Below are positions 38,233 through 49,207 of a stretch of DNA of 64,000 nt, piece by piece. The DNA comes from an uncultured Pseudomonadota bacterium (GTDB taxonomy: Bacteria; Pseudomonadota; Alphaproteobacteria; Rs-D84; CACZYB01). The position numbers and the translations under genes are program-made. Positions within the stretch are counted from its first letter, which is position 1. Each line of letters starts with the position of its first letter. The stretch is from the NCBI GenBank assembly GCA_902785275.1, contig CACZYB010000001.1, forward strand, positions 192,001-256,000, read 5' to 3'. The notes beneath the pieces are model-generated. The model did not search any database and was not told the origin of the DNA. It saw only the letters and a list, made by a program, of their open reading frames with translations.

Positions 38233-38943
38233 ATGTCAAAAACCGAAAAATCTAAAACTTTATCATTGAAAGAACAATATCTCGAAAGCCAAAAAAATGC
38301 ATTCTTCCGTGAAGTACAAGAAGATGTTCAGGCCGAAAGAATTTCTCAAATCTGGAATAAGTATAAAAACTATATAATCACAGTAATTGCAATAGTACTT
38401 CTTATTTCCATAATAAAAAATTGCTATGTTTCATACAAAAAGAATGTAAACCTTAAAAACGCAAAGCAATTTGAACAAATAATATCAAAAAATTCAACTC
38501 CTGATGCAAAAATCACAGAATTACAAGAATTTGTAAAAACTGCAAAGTTTGGATACAAAGATATTGCATACTTCAATATTTACTCAATCCAAATTGAAAA
38601 CAAAAAGTATAATGATGCGATTGATACACTAAACGAAATCACAAAAAATTCCTCTGATGAAGTATTTGAAAATCTTGCCATAGTAAAGCTTGGTACATTA
38701 CTTTCATCACTTCCTGAAAAAGATTTAGTTTCAGTAAAAAAACAACTTTCAAACGTTGGTTCATCCGAAGCATTATCACCTGTTGCAAAATTTGTTCTTG
38801 GCACAATTTATGTAAAAGAAAACAACTATGATGCTGCAAAAAAGATTTTTGAAAAACTTTCTGATGATATCAATCTTCCAGTAAGTATCAAATCTCAAAG
38901 TTTAACTATGTTAAACTACATAAAATCTGCAAAATCAAAATAA
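38233..38943 (+). CDS. YfgM-like TPR membrane protein
   Basis: FFREVQEDV...W.KY + TM + TPR helices; upstream of the BamB-like gene. Confidence 0.82.
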   Translation: MSKTEKSKTLSLKEQYLESQKNAFFREVQEDVQAERISQIWNKYKNYIITVIAIVLLISIIKNCYVSYKKNVNLKNAKQFEQIISKNSTPDAKITELQEFVKTAKFGYKDIAYFNIYSIQIENKKYNDAIDTLNEITKNSSDEVFENLAIVKLGTLLSSLPEKDLVSVKKQLSNVGSSEALSPVAKFVLGTIYVKENNYDAAKKIFEKLSDDINLPVSIKSQSLTMLNYIKSAKSK

Positions 38944-38965
38944 TTAAAAAGGAGGGAAAAACAAA

Positions 38966-40231
38966 ATGAAAAAAACACAAAATATTAAAAAAAAGCTGGG
39001 TATTTTGTTTTTCTCAACCTTAATTTTGGGGTGTGAAAACGCACCTCTTCCTTTGCAAGGTGAAAAAGTTTCTATCTTTAACAAAGAAAAAACACAAAAA
39101 ACAGAAAATAAAAAAATCATCCTTGAAAAACCATACATAAACAAATTATGGAATTCAAACGGTGGTAACTCTGAAAACAATATGGGACATATTGCCGGCC
39201 ATAAAAAATTCCATAAACTATATTCAAATGATATCGGTTCCGTAAGCTCTAAAAAGCAAATTTTATACACTCCTGTTGCTAATGAGAATATGGTATTCAC
39301 AATATCAGGAAATCTTCGTTTAACTGCAATAAATATAAATACAGGAAAAACGGTTTGGTTCCAAAAATTTTCAAATAATGATTTAATAAAATTTGGAACA
39401 CTTGCCTTAAATGGAAATGATTTATACCTTCTAACAAACAATTCACAACTTGTAAAACTTAACGCTAAAACTGGTGAAATAATTTACAGTAAATATTTCA
39501 ATACAAACCTAAAGTCTGGCCTTACAATCTGTGATAACAAACTATTCTTCACAAACGATAATAACGAAACATTTGCAATAAACCAAACCACTGGTGAAAA
39601 AGAATACATCCACAAAACAATAGAAGAAAGTTCCTCTTTCATTAAAGGTTCAACACCTGCGTGTAAAGACGATAAACTTATAACTGCATTCTCAAATGGT
39701 GAAGTCCATATGATTATGGCCGAAACATCAACACCAATTTGGCTTGATTCTGTTTATAAAATAAATCCATCAAATATAAACACTATATCTGACATCATTG
39801 CAAATCCTGCTATAAAAAACAATATCGTCGTTGTAAAAAGCTATAACGATATTACAAAGGCATTTGATATAGATGAAGGAAAAACACTTTGGATTACATC
39901 AAACGGTGGAAAAACAACTCCTATAATCTCTAATGATACTATGTTTGATATAAACAATAACAAAGTATTATTTGCATCAAACGTTTCAAATGGAAACAAG
40001 ATTTGGGAAACAAAGCTTAATATAAAACAAGATGATATATTCTTTGATCCACTTTTGATAAACAATCAAATCATAATCCCTGTATCAAACGGAGATATTA
40101 TAAAGGTAAATCCATACAACGGAAATATCATTGAAACCGAAAGCTTAACATCACAAATTGATGTTTCCCCTATCGTAATAAATGATAAATTAATAATTAT
40201 TTCAAACGGAGATTTAGAAGTTTTCAACTAA
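38966..40231 (+). CDS. PQQ-like beta-propeller lipoprotein (BamB-like)
   Basis: ILGC lipobox; repeated GKxxW motifs. Confidence 0.85.
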   Translation: MKKTQNIKKKLGILFFSTLILGCENAPLPLQGEKVSIFNKEKTQKTENKKIILEKPYINKLWNSNGGNSENNMGHIAGHKKFHKLYSNDIGSVSSKKQILYTPVANENMVFTISGNLRLTAININTGKTVWFQKFSNNDLIKFGTLALNGNDLYLLTNNSQLVKLNAKTGEIIYSKYFNTNLKSGLTICDNKLFFTNDNNETFAINQTTGEKEYIHKTIEESSSFIKGSTPACKDDKLITAFSNGEVHMIMAETSTPIWLDSVYKINPSNINTISDIIANPAIKNNIVVVKSYNDITKAFDIDEGKTLWITSNGGKTTPIISNDTMFDINNNKVLFASNVSNGNKIWETKLNIKQDDIFFDPLLINNQIIIPVSNGDIIKVNPYNGNIIETESLTSQIDVSPIVINDKLIIISNGDLEVFN

Positions 40232-41253
40232 CCTCTTTTGAAAAGCCTTTTATACCATGGTTTCTTCAACTTTAATTGAAGTTGTCTGAAATAATCTTCG
40301 GCAAGTCTTGACCCTTTCATACCATTAATAGTCTTAAGCACTTTCATAAACTCTTCAAAATCCGGATGATTTGGATCCCAACAGGTATATTTTTCATAAT
40401 TAGAATTCATTTCTGAATTAGTAGCCCACTTTCTAAATCTTGAAAAATAAGCCTCTGCACCAAATTTATTTGCCATTTTAACAAATGCAGGCATTTCCCT
40501 AAAGTTACCAGAATGAAAAACAAAATTGAAATCTAATTCTTTTAATTCACCCTTCTTTTTTAATTTAGAAATATATTTCAAATTCTTTTGAAGTTGTTCC
40601 CAATGTCCACCCCTAACTATTCGTTCATAAGTTTCCTTTGTTGCAGCATGAATAGAAAGACATACTTTACAAATCTTACCTTCTATACCAAAATCTTTTA
40701 CATGTTTTTCATCAAACAAAAGTCCATTTGATATCAACATAAATTTTATCTTTGGGTACTTTTCTGAAATACGTCTTACCAAACACTTCAAATGCTCACT
40801 TACAAAAACTTCACCCGAACCATTCAAAAAAACAAATTCTGCATGCTTACAAATTTCAAGAACTTTATCAATAATAGTATTATTTTGATTAATATCATCC
40901 TTTGATTCTGTAAACCATTCATCACGACAAGTAACACATCTTACATTACATGCCTTAACATAGCTTAAATGAACATATTTTGGATAAGGAGGATGATCAA
41001 TAAAACTTTCTTCAAAATCCTTCATATTCCAATCATTATACTCAAAACAAAACTTTAAATTACAGTGAGTATAAAGGTTGTTATAAATATCTCTTCTAAA
41101 AGCTTTTGCCCTTTCACCATACCAAATATCCTCAAAAGAATCTTTGTAAATATTTCCAATTACATAATAATCAACAAAAGGAGCACAACAAAAAAATACT
41201 TGCCCATCCCAATCGATATTTATTCGTTCAAAAGGATATTTGCAACATCTCAT
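40228..41253 (-). CDS. Radical SAM protein with N-terminal SPASM-like segment
   Basis: CNVRCVTC, GSGEVF; N-terminal CKYPF...DGQVFFCC...IGNI. Confidence 0.88.
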   Translation of the reverse strand: MRCCKYPFERINIDWDGQVFFCCAPFVDYYVIGNIYKDSFEDIWYGERAKAFRRDIYNNLYTHCNLKFCFEYNDWNMKDFEESFIDHPPYPKYVHLSYVKACNVRCVTCRDEWFTESKDDINQNNTIIDKVLEICKHAEFVFLNGSGEVFVSEHLKCLVRRISEKYPKIKFMLISNGLLFDEKHVKDFGIEGKICKVCLSIHAATKETYERIVRGGHWEQLQKNLKYISKLKKKGELKELDFNFVFHSGNFREMPAFVKMANKFGAEAYFSRFRKWATNSEMNSNYEKYTCWDPNHPDFEEFMKVLKTINGMKGSRLAEDYFRQLQLKLKKPWYKRLFKRG

Positions 41254-42278
41254 TATTTTTCTCCTAAAATTTTACTTTTCAATCTCAACCACCATGTGTC
41301 TTTAAGTTTAGATTGAACATATCTAAAGAATTCTTCATCAAATCTATAATTCTTCATTTTCTTAAGCTTTCTAAGTATATTTAAGAACTTTCTATAATCT
41401 TTATGCGCAACCTCCCAACATGCATATTTTTCATAATTTTTGCACATTAACGAAGAATTCCAATTTCTAAACATTGAAAAATGCACATCAATACCATACT
41501 TTTGTGCAATCTCAACAGCTTTAGGCATTTCCTTAAAGTTAAGAGAATGAAAAACGAAACTAAGACTTAGGGATTTAATTTTTCCTTGAGTTTTTAGTTC
41601 GGATAAATATTTCAAATTATTTTGAAGCTTTTTCCAATTTCCACCACGGGTAATTTTTTTATAAGTTCTCTTTGTTCCAGCATTAATTGAAACATCAATA
41701 TACTTTACTTTTATATCCTCACCAAAAAAATCTTTTATATTTTTTTCATCACACAAAAGACCATTTGTCTGAATAAAAAACTCAATATTTGAGTTAAGTT
41801 CAGATATTTTCTTAACAATATTTTTCAAATGGTTACTTACAAAAACTTCACCTGAACCATCTAAATAAATAAATTCAGCCTTTTTACAAATATCAACAAC
41901 CTTATCTGTAATCTTATTATAATTTGCTGTATCTTTTTTTGTTTCGATACACAAATCATCACGACAAGTTCTACACCTTAAATTACAAGTCTTAACATAA
42001 CTTAAATTTACAATCTTTGGATACGAAGGATTTTTGATAAATTTTTCATCAAAATCTTTCATATTCCAATCATTATATTCAAAACAAAACTTTAAATTAC
42101 AGTGTTTACAAGAACCCTCAAAAACAGACTTTCTAAATTCAACCGCTTTTTCCCCATACCATAAATCTTCAAAGGAATCATTGTAAATATTTCCAAGCAA
42201 AAAGTTGCTACCACAAAAGGTAACGCTACCGTCCCATTCAATGTTAAGCCTTTCAAATGGAAATTTACAACATCTCAT
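41253..42278 (-). CDS. Radical SAM protein with N-terminal SPASM-like segment (tandem paralog)
   Basis: CNLRCRTC; shares CNLKFCFEYNDWNMKDF with its neighbour. Confidence 0.88.
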   Translation of the reverse strand: MRCCKFPFERLNIEWDGSVTFCGSNFLLGNIYNDSFEDLWYGEKAVEFRKSVFEGSCKHCNLKFCFEYNDWNMKDFDEKFIKNPSYPKIVNLSYVKTCNLRCRTCRDDLCIETKKDTANYNKITDKVVDICKKAEFIYLDGSGEVFVSNHLKNIVKKISELNSNIEFFIQTNGLLCDEKNIKDFFGEDIKVKYIDVSINAGTKRTYKKITRGGNWKKLQNNLKYLSELKTQGKIKSLSLSFVFHSLNFKEMPKAVEIAQKYGIDVHFSMFRNWNSSLMCKNYEKYACWEVAHKDYRKFLNILRKLKKMKNYRFDEEFFRYVQSKLKDTWWLRLKSKILGEK

Positions 42279-42291
42279 ACTAACTTCTCCC

Positions 42292-44133
42292 TTAACGTTT
42301 TACATACTTAAGTAAAGCAGTCAAGCCCGCAGGTGTCATACCAGGAATTCTTGATGCACTTGCCAAAGTTGTAGGTTTTGCCTTTTCAAGCTTTGCTCTC
42401 AACTCCAAATTAAGACCACCGATTTTACTATAATCTATATTATAAGGAATAGTCAATTCTTGATCTTTTTTATACGAAGCAATATCTTGTTCCTGACGTT
42501 TAAGATAACCTTGATACTTTCCCTCAATTTCAACTTGTTTAACAATATTATATGGAAAATCATTTACTTCTGGGAACATAGTTTTTATTTTATCCATATC
42601 TATATCACTATATTTCAATGCTTCATAAGCATTTACCCCAGCGGCACCACAACCTTCACAATCAACAAGTCTAAGCTTTTTATTATTAACTTTTTTTGCC
42701 TTCAAAAGATTTTTCAAACTTTCAATTTGTTTCATCTTTTCATTGAAAAGTTTTTCTCTCTTTTTTCCAACACAACCAATTTTCAAACCTATTGGTGTAA
42801 GTCTTTGATCGGCATTATCTGCCCTTATACTTAATCTATATTCTGATCTTGCGGTAAACATTCTGTATGGTTCATCAACACCAAGTGTTGTAATATCATC
42901 AACTAAAACACCAATATAAGCCTGACTTCTATCAAGTATAATTTCATCTTCACCCTTTGCAAAAAGCCCTGCATTAAGTCCTGCTAAAATACCCTGAGAT
43001 GCAGCTTCTTCATAACCACTTGTTCCATTTATCTGACCTGCAAAATAAAGTCCATTAATACGTTTTGAACCAAGTGTTGGTTTAAGCTCTCTTGCATCAA
43101 TCGCATCATATTCAATCGCATAACCATAACGAAGAATTTTAACATTCTCCAATCCCTTTATAGAGTGGATAAAATCTTCTTGCACATCCTTTGGTAAAGA
43201 CGTTGAAATACCATTAGGATAAATCACATCCGAACCATAACCTTCTTGTTCCAAAAATATATGATGACTTGGGTGTGAAGCAAATCTAACAACCTTATCT
43301 TCAATACTTGGACAATATCTTGGCCCAATAGATTTTATCTGACCATTATAAAGTGGAGTTCTATCCTTATTATCAGTAATAATCTTATGTGTTTTTTCAT
43401 TTGTATAAGTTATATAACAAGGAAGTAACTCTTGTGAAATCTTCTCTGTCATATAAGAAAAAGCTTCCGGAGGATTATCACTTTCTTGACACTCTAAACC
43501 ATCATAATTTATAGTAGCCATAGAAAGCCTTGCTGGTGTTCCAGTTTTAAGTCTTAATATTTCAAATCCTGCTTTTTTCAAGGATTCTGTAATACCATAA
43601 CTTGCCTTTTCACCAATTCTTCCACCTTTAGTTTGTTCTTCACCGGTATGCATAACACCGTTTAAGAAAGTACCTGTTGTAATGACAACTGATTTACATT
43701 TTATTTCTCCGTTATTTTTAAGAACTACCCCTTTAACAGAAGAAAACTTCTCATCAAACAAAATTTCAACAGCTTCATCTTCAATAATAGTCAAAGTTTC
43801 TTGCTCTGCCAAAATTTCATTCACAGCCTTTTTATACAAAGCTCTATCCGCCTGTGCTCTTGGTCCTTGAACCGCAGCACCCTTTGATGCATTAAGAACT
43901 CTAAATTGTGTACCAGCTTTATCAATAGCCCTTGCCATAACACCATCTAAAGCATCAATTTCACGAACCAAATGCCCCTTTCCAAGACCACCAATAGAAG
44001 GGTTACAAGACATTTCACCAATGTTTGTTTTCATAAAAGTAACAAGTGCTGTTTTAAGACCTAATCTTGCCGATGCAGAACTTGCTTCTATACCGGCATG
44101 ACCGCCACCAATAACTACGACATCATAATCCAT
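42292..44133 (-). CDS. mnmG: tRNA U34 modification enzyme MnmG (GidA)
   Basis: GGGHAG, MSCNPSIGG, RLKTGTP, GPRYCPSIEDK, AGQINGTSGYEEA. Confidence 0.98.
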   Translation of the reverse strand: MDYDVVVIGGGHAGIEASSASARLGLKTALVTFMKTNIGEMSCNPSIGGLGKGHLVREIDALDGVMARAIDKAGTQFRVLNASKGAAVQGPRAQADRALYKKAVNEILAEQETLTIIEDEAVEILFDEKFSSVKGVVLKNNGEIKCKSVVITTGTFLNGVMHTGEEQTKGGRIGEKASYGITESLKKAGFEILRLKTGTPARLSMATINYDGLECQESDNPPEAFSYMTEKISQELLPCYITYTNEKTHKIITDNKDRTPLYNGQIKSIGPRYCPSIEDKVVRFASHPSHHIFLEQEGYGSDVIYPNGISTSLPKDVQEDFIHSIKGLENVKILRYGYAIEYDAIDARELKPTLGSKRINGLYFAGQINGTSGYEEAASQGILAGLNAGLFAKGEDEIILDRSQAYIGVLVDDITTLGVDEPYRMFTARSEYRLSIRADNADQRLTPIGLKIGCVGKKREKLFNEKMKQIESLKNLLKAKKVNNKKLRLVDCEGCGAAGVNAYEALKYSDIDMDKIKTMFPEVNDFPYNIVKQVEIEGKYQGYLKRQEQDIASYKKDQELTIPYNIDYSKIGGLNLELRAKLEKAKPTTLASASRIPGMTPAGLTALLKYVKR

Positions 44134-44226
44134 TTTTTGCCTCAAATATTCAGATAAAATATAAGCCTTATTATAACAATAACAAGGCAAATATCAACTG
44201 TTTTTATAAATTAATAATTAAAATTA

Positions 44227-45000
44227 TTATCTATCAAAATCCAATATTTTCTTTATATGATGAATAAAAGAGACTCTATCTGTAAAAGAAATAAAGTCAT
44301 CTGGATTTTCGTTATACAACTTTTCCCTATTTGCATATTTACCATATCCAACAGCAATAGTTTTCATACCTGCATTCTTACCCATCTTTATATCATTAGG
44401 AGAATCCCCAATCATTACAGCTCTTTCAATAGGAATTCCAATTTCCTGTGCAATATAATGAACTATTGCGGGATGTGGTTTATCTTTATAATTTCTACCA
44501 CCTTCTGTTGCTTCTACCATTTCAAAGCAATCACGAACTTCTTCTTTTTGTAAAAACTTAAGTATAGAATGTAAATCACGGGAAGAAGCAATTGCTAATG
44601 CAATATCTGTCTTTGCTAATGATTTAATAACATCCTTCATTTCATCAAAAAACCTCATTTTATTGATAAAATAAGTATCATTCGAAAGTTTAGTAACCAA
44701 AGGAGTAAATTTTGTTCTGTAAATTTCTTTTTGTTCTTCCAAATTTTTACCCCAACCAATATATTCTTTATCCCATTTATCAAAGATTTTTTCAACAATC
44801 TCTTTTGTACAAGGAAGCTCAAGCATTATCATTGCCTTTGCATTTACTTCAAAAAACATATCTTGAGATTGAACCAATGTTTCATCAAAATCAAAAACAG
44901 CTAATTTTGTTTTTTCAGGTTTATAACCATACATACGAACAGGAACAGCCTTAAATTTATTTACCAATATATTATTTTTTTCTATTGAATTCATTTTCAC
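44227..45000 (-). CDS. HAD-superfamily hydrolase (phosphoglycolate phosphatase-like)
   Basis: FDFDETL, KPHP, MIGDSPNDI. Confidence 0.9.
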   Translation of the reverse strand: MKMNSIEKNNILVNKFKAVPVRMYGYKPEKTKLAVFDFDETLVQSQDMFFEVNAKAMIMLELPCTKEIVEKIFDKWDKEYIGWGKNLEEQKEIYRTKFTPLVTKLSNDTYFINKMRFFDEMKDVIKSLAKTDIALAIASSRDLHSILKFLQKEEVRDCFEMVEATEGGRNYKDKPHPAIVHYIAQEIGIPIERAVMIGDSPNDIKMGKNAGMKTIAVGYGKYANREKLYNENPDDFISFTDRVSFIHHIKKILDFDR

Positions 45001-45066
45001 ACCTTGTTATCATTAGCTTTATTAACTTAAATTTAATTGCTAGGATTTTAAACAAAGGAAAATATT

Positions 45067-48000
45067 ATGTCAAGTAAAAATATATATCCGGAAACTATTG
45101 CTAAACCAAACTTTCCAAAGATAGAAGAGCAAATTCTTGATTTTTGGAATAAAAACAAGATTTTTGAACGTTCTGTTGATGAACGTGAAGAAAAGAATGA
45201 ATTCGTATTCTATGATGGTCCTCCATTTGCAAATGGACTTCCACACTATGGTCACGTATTGCAAAGCTTTATGAAAGATAGCGTTGCACGTTACCAAACT
45301 ATGCTTGGTCGAAAGGTAAAACGTCGCTGGGGTTGGGATTGTCACGGTCTTCCACCTGAACTTAAAACAGAAAAAGATCTTGGCATTTCAGGAAAGAAAG
45401 CTATTGAAGCATACGGCGTTGATAAATTTACAACAAAATGTCGTGAAGATGTTTTGACCTATACAAAAGAATGGAAAGGTATTATTAACCGTCTTGGCCG
45501 TTGGGTTGATATGGAAAATGCTTATAAAACTATGGATAAAGAATATTCCGAAAGTATCCTTTGGGCATTCAAAACATTGTATGAAAAAGGTTTACTTTAC
45601 GAAGATTTCCGTATACTTCCTTATTCATGGGCTGCGGAAACACCTCTTTCAAACTTCGAAGTAAATCAGGGTTATCAGGATAAAACAGATAACACTGCAA
45701 CCGTAAAATTCCATCTTGAAAATGGTTTAACATTACTTGCTTGGACAACAACACCATGGACTCTTCCATCAAACTTAATGCTTGTTGTTGGTCGTGATAT
45801 TGACTACTCTGTTTATGAATTAAATGGTGAAAATCTTGTTCTTGCAACTGCACGTGTTCCTGCATATAAAAAAGAACTTGAAAAAGCTACTTTCGTTCGT
45901 GAAGTAAAAGGAAGCGAACTTGTTGGTTTACACTATACGCCACTTTTTCCATACTTTGCAGACTATCGTGAAAAATATGATGCATTTCAGGTTCTTTCTG
46001 GTGAATATGTTTCAACCGAAGATGGTACAGGTATAGTTCACACAGCACCAGGATTTGGTGAGGATGATTTCTCTGTATGTAAATCTTTCAATAAAGATTT
46101 CCCTGTACTTTGCCCAGTTGATAGCGAAGGAAAATTTACATCCGAAGTTTCCGATTATGCTGGTATGCAAGTATTCGATACAAACGATTTAATATTCACA
46201 AGATTAAAGGAAGAAGGAAAGCTCTTCCAAAAATCACAAATAACTCACTCTTACCCATTCTGTTGGAGAACAGATAAACCTCTTATCTACAAAGCAATGA
46301 GTTCATGGTTCGTACGTGTAGAAGATATAAAAGAAGAGTTATTAAAAGCAAACGAAAATATAACATGGATTCCTGAACACATAAAATATGGTCGTTTTGG
46401 TAAATGGCTTGAAGGAGCCAGAGATTGGTCTATTTCCAGAAATAGATTCTGGGGTGCTCCACTTCCTGTATGGAAATCTGATGATCCAAAATACCCAAGA
46501 ATTGATGTATTCGGTTCTATTGCTGAAATTGAAAAAGCATCTGGTATGAAGGTTGTTGATTTACACCGTCCATACATTGATCAAATAGTATATCCAAACC
46601 CAGATGATCCAACAGGAAAATCAATGATGCGCCGTATTCCTGATGTATTTGATTGTTGGTTCGAAAGTGGTTCTATGCCATTTGCATCTTGCCACTATCC
46701 ATTCGAAAATAAGGAATGGTTCGATAAAAACTTCCCATCAGATTTCATCGTAGAAGGTACCGATCAAACACGTGGTTGGTTCTATACATTAACAGTATTG
46801 GGTGTTGCCTTGTTTGGTCGTGCACCATTTAAAACTTGTGTATGCTCTGGCTTTGTTTTCGATGAAAAAGGTCAAAAACTTTCAAAAAAATTAAAGAATT
46901 ATTCTGAACCAACAGAATTCTTTAATAAATACGGTTCTGATGCTCTAAGATGGATTATGCTTGCATCTCCGGCTTTAAGAGGTGAAATGATTCGTCTTTC
47001 AAAAGAAGGAACAGAAATTGCTGTTTCATCAAGAAAGGCTCAAATCCCATTCTATAACGCATACCACTTCTTCACATTGTACGCAAATGCTGATGGTATA
47101 AAAGCAAGCTATGATACATCTTCTGATGAAATTATGGATAAATACATTCTTTCAAAGCTTGAAGAATTAAAGGAAATCACAACAAAGGCACTAAGTCACT
47201 ATGATATCGCGACATTCTGTACCGAAGTTGAAAAATTCCTTGATATACTTAACAATTGGTATATTCGTCAATGCCGTGAAAGATTCTGGGGTACCAGCGT
47301 ATCAAAAGAAACTCAAATAAAGGCGTTTAACACCCTTTACACAGTATTAATTGATATAACAAAGATAATCGCACCAATTATGCCATTCATAAGCGAATTC
47401 GTTTATAAAAACCTAACTGGTGAAGATTCTGTACATCTTGCACTTTATCCAAAGGTAACAAACGTAAAAGATTCTGCATTAATTTCTGCAATGGATACTG
47501 TAATTGCTATTTGCTCTAGTGCAAAAACCTTGCGTGAGGAAGCAAAAATCCGTAATCGTCAACCATTACAGGCTATGACTATTGCATCACCTAAATCCGA
47601 AGATTTAAAACCTTATGCTGATATTATAAAAACAGAGTGTAATGTAAAAGAAATTACTTTCACAACAGATATTGATAAATATGCGAAAAAGCTTCTTTAT
47701 ATTTACACACCTATCGTTGGAAAGCGTCTTGGCCGTGCATTGGCAGAAATCCAAAAAGCTGCAAAACAAAACCAATACGAAATAGTAGACAATATTTGTA
47801 AGGTTGCCGGATACGAATTACAACCAAACGAATTTGAAATAAAGGTTGAAGTTCTTGGTAATTTCAAGGGTAAATCAACATCTGATAATTCAGCTGTGGT
47901 TCTTCTTGATACAACAATCACTCCAGAACTTAAAATCGAAGGTATTATTCGTGATTTTATTCGTGCTATACAAGAAAACAGAAAGAACAAAGATTTCAAC

Positions 48001-48180
48001 GTTTCTGACAGAATAACAATCAAATACAATTCAAATTCTGAAGAAATTATTTCTGGTGTAAAGAAGTTTGAATCTGAAATTTCAACAACCACTTTAGCAA
48101 CAAGTATTTCATTTACTCCATCGCCTCTAAGTGAAAAGTTGGAAGAAACAGATTTAACTTATGAAATTGAAAAAATATAA
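45067..48180 (+). CDS. ileS: Isoleucine--tRNA ligase, type 2
   Basis: DGPPFANGLPHYGH, GWDCHGLP, WTTTPWTLP, SRNRFWG, KLSKK; 1037 aa with no C-terminal Zn finger. Confidence 0.97.
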   Translation: MSSKNIYPETIAKPNFPKIEEQILDFWNKNKIFERSVDEREEKNEFVFYDGPPFANGLPHYGHVLQSFMKDSVARYQTMLGRKVKRRWGWDCHGLPPELKTEKDLGISGKKAIEAYGVDKFTTKCREDVLTYTKEWKGIINRLGRWVDMENAYKTMDKEYSESILWAFKTLYEKGLLYEDFRILPYSWAAETPLSNFEVNQGYQDKTDNTATVKFHLENGLTLLAWTTTPWTLPSNLMLVVGRDIDYSVYELNGENLVLATARVPAYKKELEKATFVREVKGSELVGLHYTPLFPYFADYREKYDAFQVLSGEYVSTEDGTGIVHTAPGFGEDDFSVCKSFNKDFPVLCPVDSEGKFTSEVSDYAGMQVFDTNDLIFTRLKEEGKLFQKSQITHSYPFCWRTDKPLIYKAMSSWFVRVEDIKEELLKANENITWIPEHIKYGRFGKWLEGARDWSISRNRFWGAPLPVWKSDDPKYPRIDVFGSIAEIEKASGMKVVDLHRPYIDQIVYPNPDDPTGKSMMRRIPDVFDCWFESGSMPFASCHYPFENKEWFDKNFPSDFIVEGTDQTRGWFYTLTVLGVALFGRAPFKTCVCSGFVFDEKGQKLSKKLKNYSEPTEFFNKYGSDALRWIMLASPALRGEMIRLSKEGTEIAVSSRKAQIPFYNAYHFFTLYANADGIKASYDTSSDEIMDKYILSKLEELKEITTKALSHYDIATFCTEVEKFLDILNNWYIRQCRERFWGTSVSKETQIKAFNTLYTVLIDITKIIAPIMPFISEFVYKNLTGEDSVHLALYPKVTNVKDSALISAMDTVIAICSSAKTLREEAKIRNRQPLQAMTIASPKSEDLKPYADIIKTECNVKEITFTTDIDKYAKKLLYIYTPIVGKRLGRALAEIQKAAKQNQYEIVDNICKVAGYELQPNEFEIKVEVLGNFKGKSTSDNSAVVLLDTTITPELKIEGIIRDFIRAIQENRKNKDFNVSDRITIKYNSNSEEIISGVKKFESEISTTTLATSISFTPSPLSEKLEETDLTYEIEKI

Positions 48181-48186
48181 AAAAGA

Positions 48187-48212
48187 AAACCGGTGAAAAA
48201 GCCGGTTTTTTT
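48187..48212 (+). terminator. Rho-independent terminator after ileS
   Basis: AAACCGG-loop-CCGGTTTTTTT. Confidence 0.8.
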
Positions 48213-48268
48213 ATAAAATCATTGCCTAAAATTAAAAAATATGCTATATTAAAGTCAAAGGATAGAGA

Positions 48269-48610
48269 ATGAGTACACAGGAAAAACTTTACTTAATAAT
48301 GGTAAATAAGCGTGACGAAAGATGTATCTTTCTTACACCAAAGGATATTTCTAAACTTAAAATAACAAATCCTGAAATTGTTTACGATGGCGGTGAACAC
48401 GCAATTCTATATCGCAGTGAAAAGGAAAGTATCTTACTTGATTACATACCTGAATCGCAAAGAAATGAGCTTACAAAACTATCTGAAATCCTTGTTGTTG
48501 AATACGATGTTAATAAAAAGGATATTGCCAACGAATATATGGCAAAGATTACAATATTAAATAAAATTCCTAATATATCAAAAGATTTAAAGGTAATCGC
48601 AAAAAAATAA
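48269..48610 (+). CDS. Hypothetical protein
   Basis: 113-aa ORF with upstream TTGCCT/TATATT promoter and AGGA. Confidence 0.7.
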   Translation: MSTQEKLYLIMVNKRDERCIFLTPKDISKLKITNPEIVYDGGEHAILYRSEKESILLDYIPESQRNELTKLSEILVVEYDVNKKDIANEYMAKITILNKIPNISKDLKVIAKK

Positions 48611-48631
48611 GGCATATTTCTATGCCCTATC

Positions 48632-49117
48632 CTACTTTTTAACCTTAATTTTACGATTTTTCTGTTTCGAAGCCAAAGTTTTTGGTAAATGTATCTTAAG
48701 AACACCATTCGAAAAACTTGCTTCTGTATTATCAATATCCACATCAGCTGGCAAAGGAATTGTTCTGCTTACCATACCATAAGAACGTTCAGAAAAATAC
48801 CTTCCATTCGATTTATTTTCAACATTACTTCGCTTTTCCCCACGTACAGTCAAATAACCATCCTCTGACACATCTATATCAATATCATCATCGTTCATTC
48901 CAGGAAGTTCAACCGATATATTAATATCATTTTCCCCATCAACCATCTCTACTTTAGGTTCAATAAAACTAAAATCACTCAAAGATGTTAATGGATAATC
49001 CAAGATATTAAAGAAATTATCAAAAGCTCTGTTTATATTATGACGAAGTTCGCCAACTTTTTTACTATAATTTTTCTGAGGAAGATTGTGTTTACCCTCA
49101 CATTTATTACATACCAT
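48632..49117 (-). CDS. Hsp20/alpha-crystallin small heat-shock protein
   Basis: ELPGM, LTVRGEK, ERSYG..SRTIPLP, NGVLKIHLPK. Confidence 0.93.
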   Translation of the reverse strand: MVCNKCEGKHNLPQKNYSKKVGELRHNINRAFDNFFNILDYPLTSLSDFSFIEPKVEMVDGENDINISVELPGMNDDDIDIDVSEDGYLTVRGEKRSNVENKSNGRYFSERSYGMVSRTIPLPADVDIDNTEASFSNGVLKIHLPKTLASKQKNRKIKVKK

Positions 49118-49207
49118 AATGCCTCCTTTGTTTTTACACAAACCACACTATGCAGTAAGGATAACACCAAACATTACATAAAGATATAGGTATATCTTCA
49201 AAAAGAA

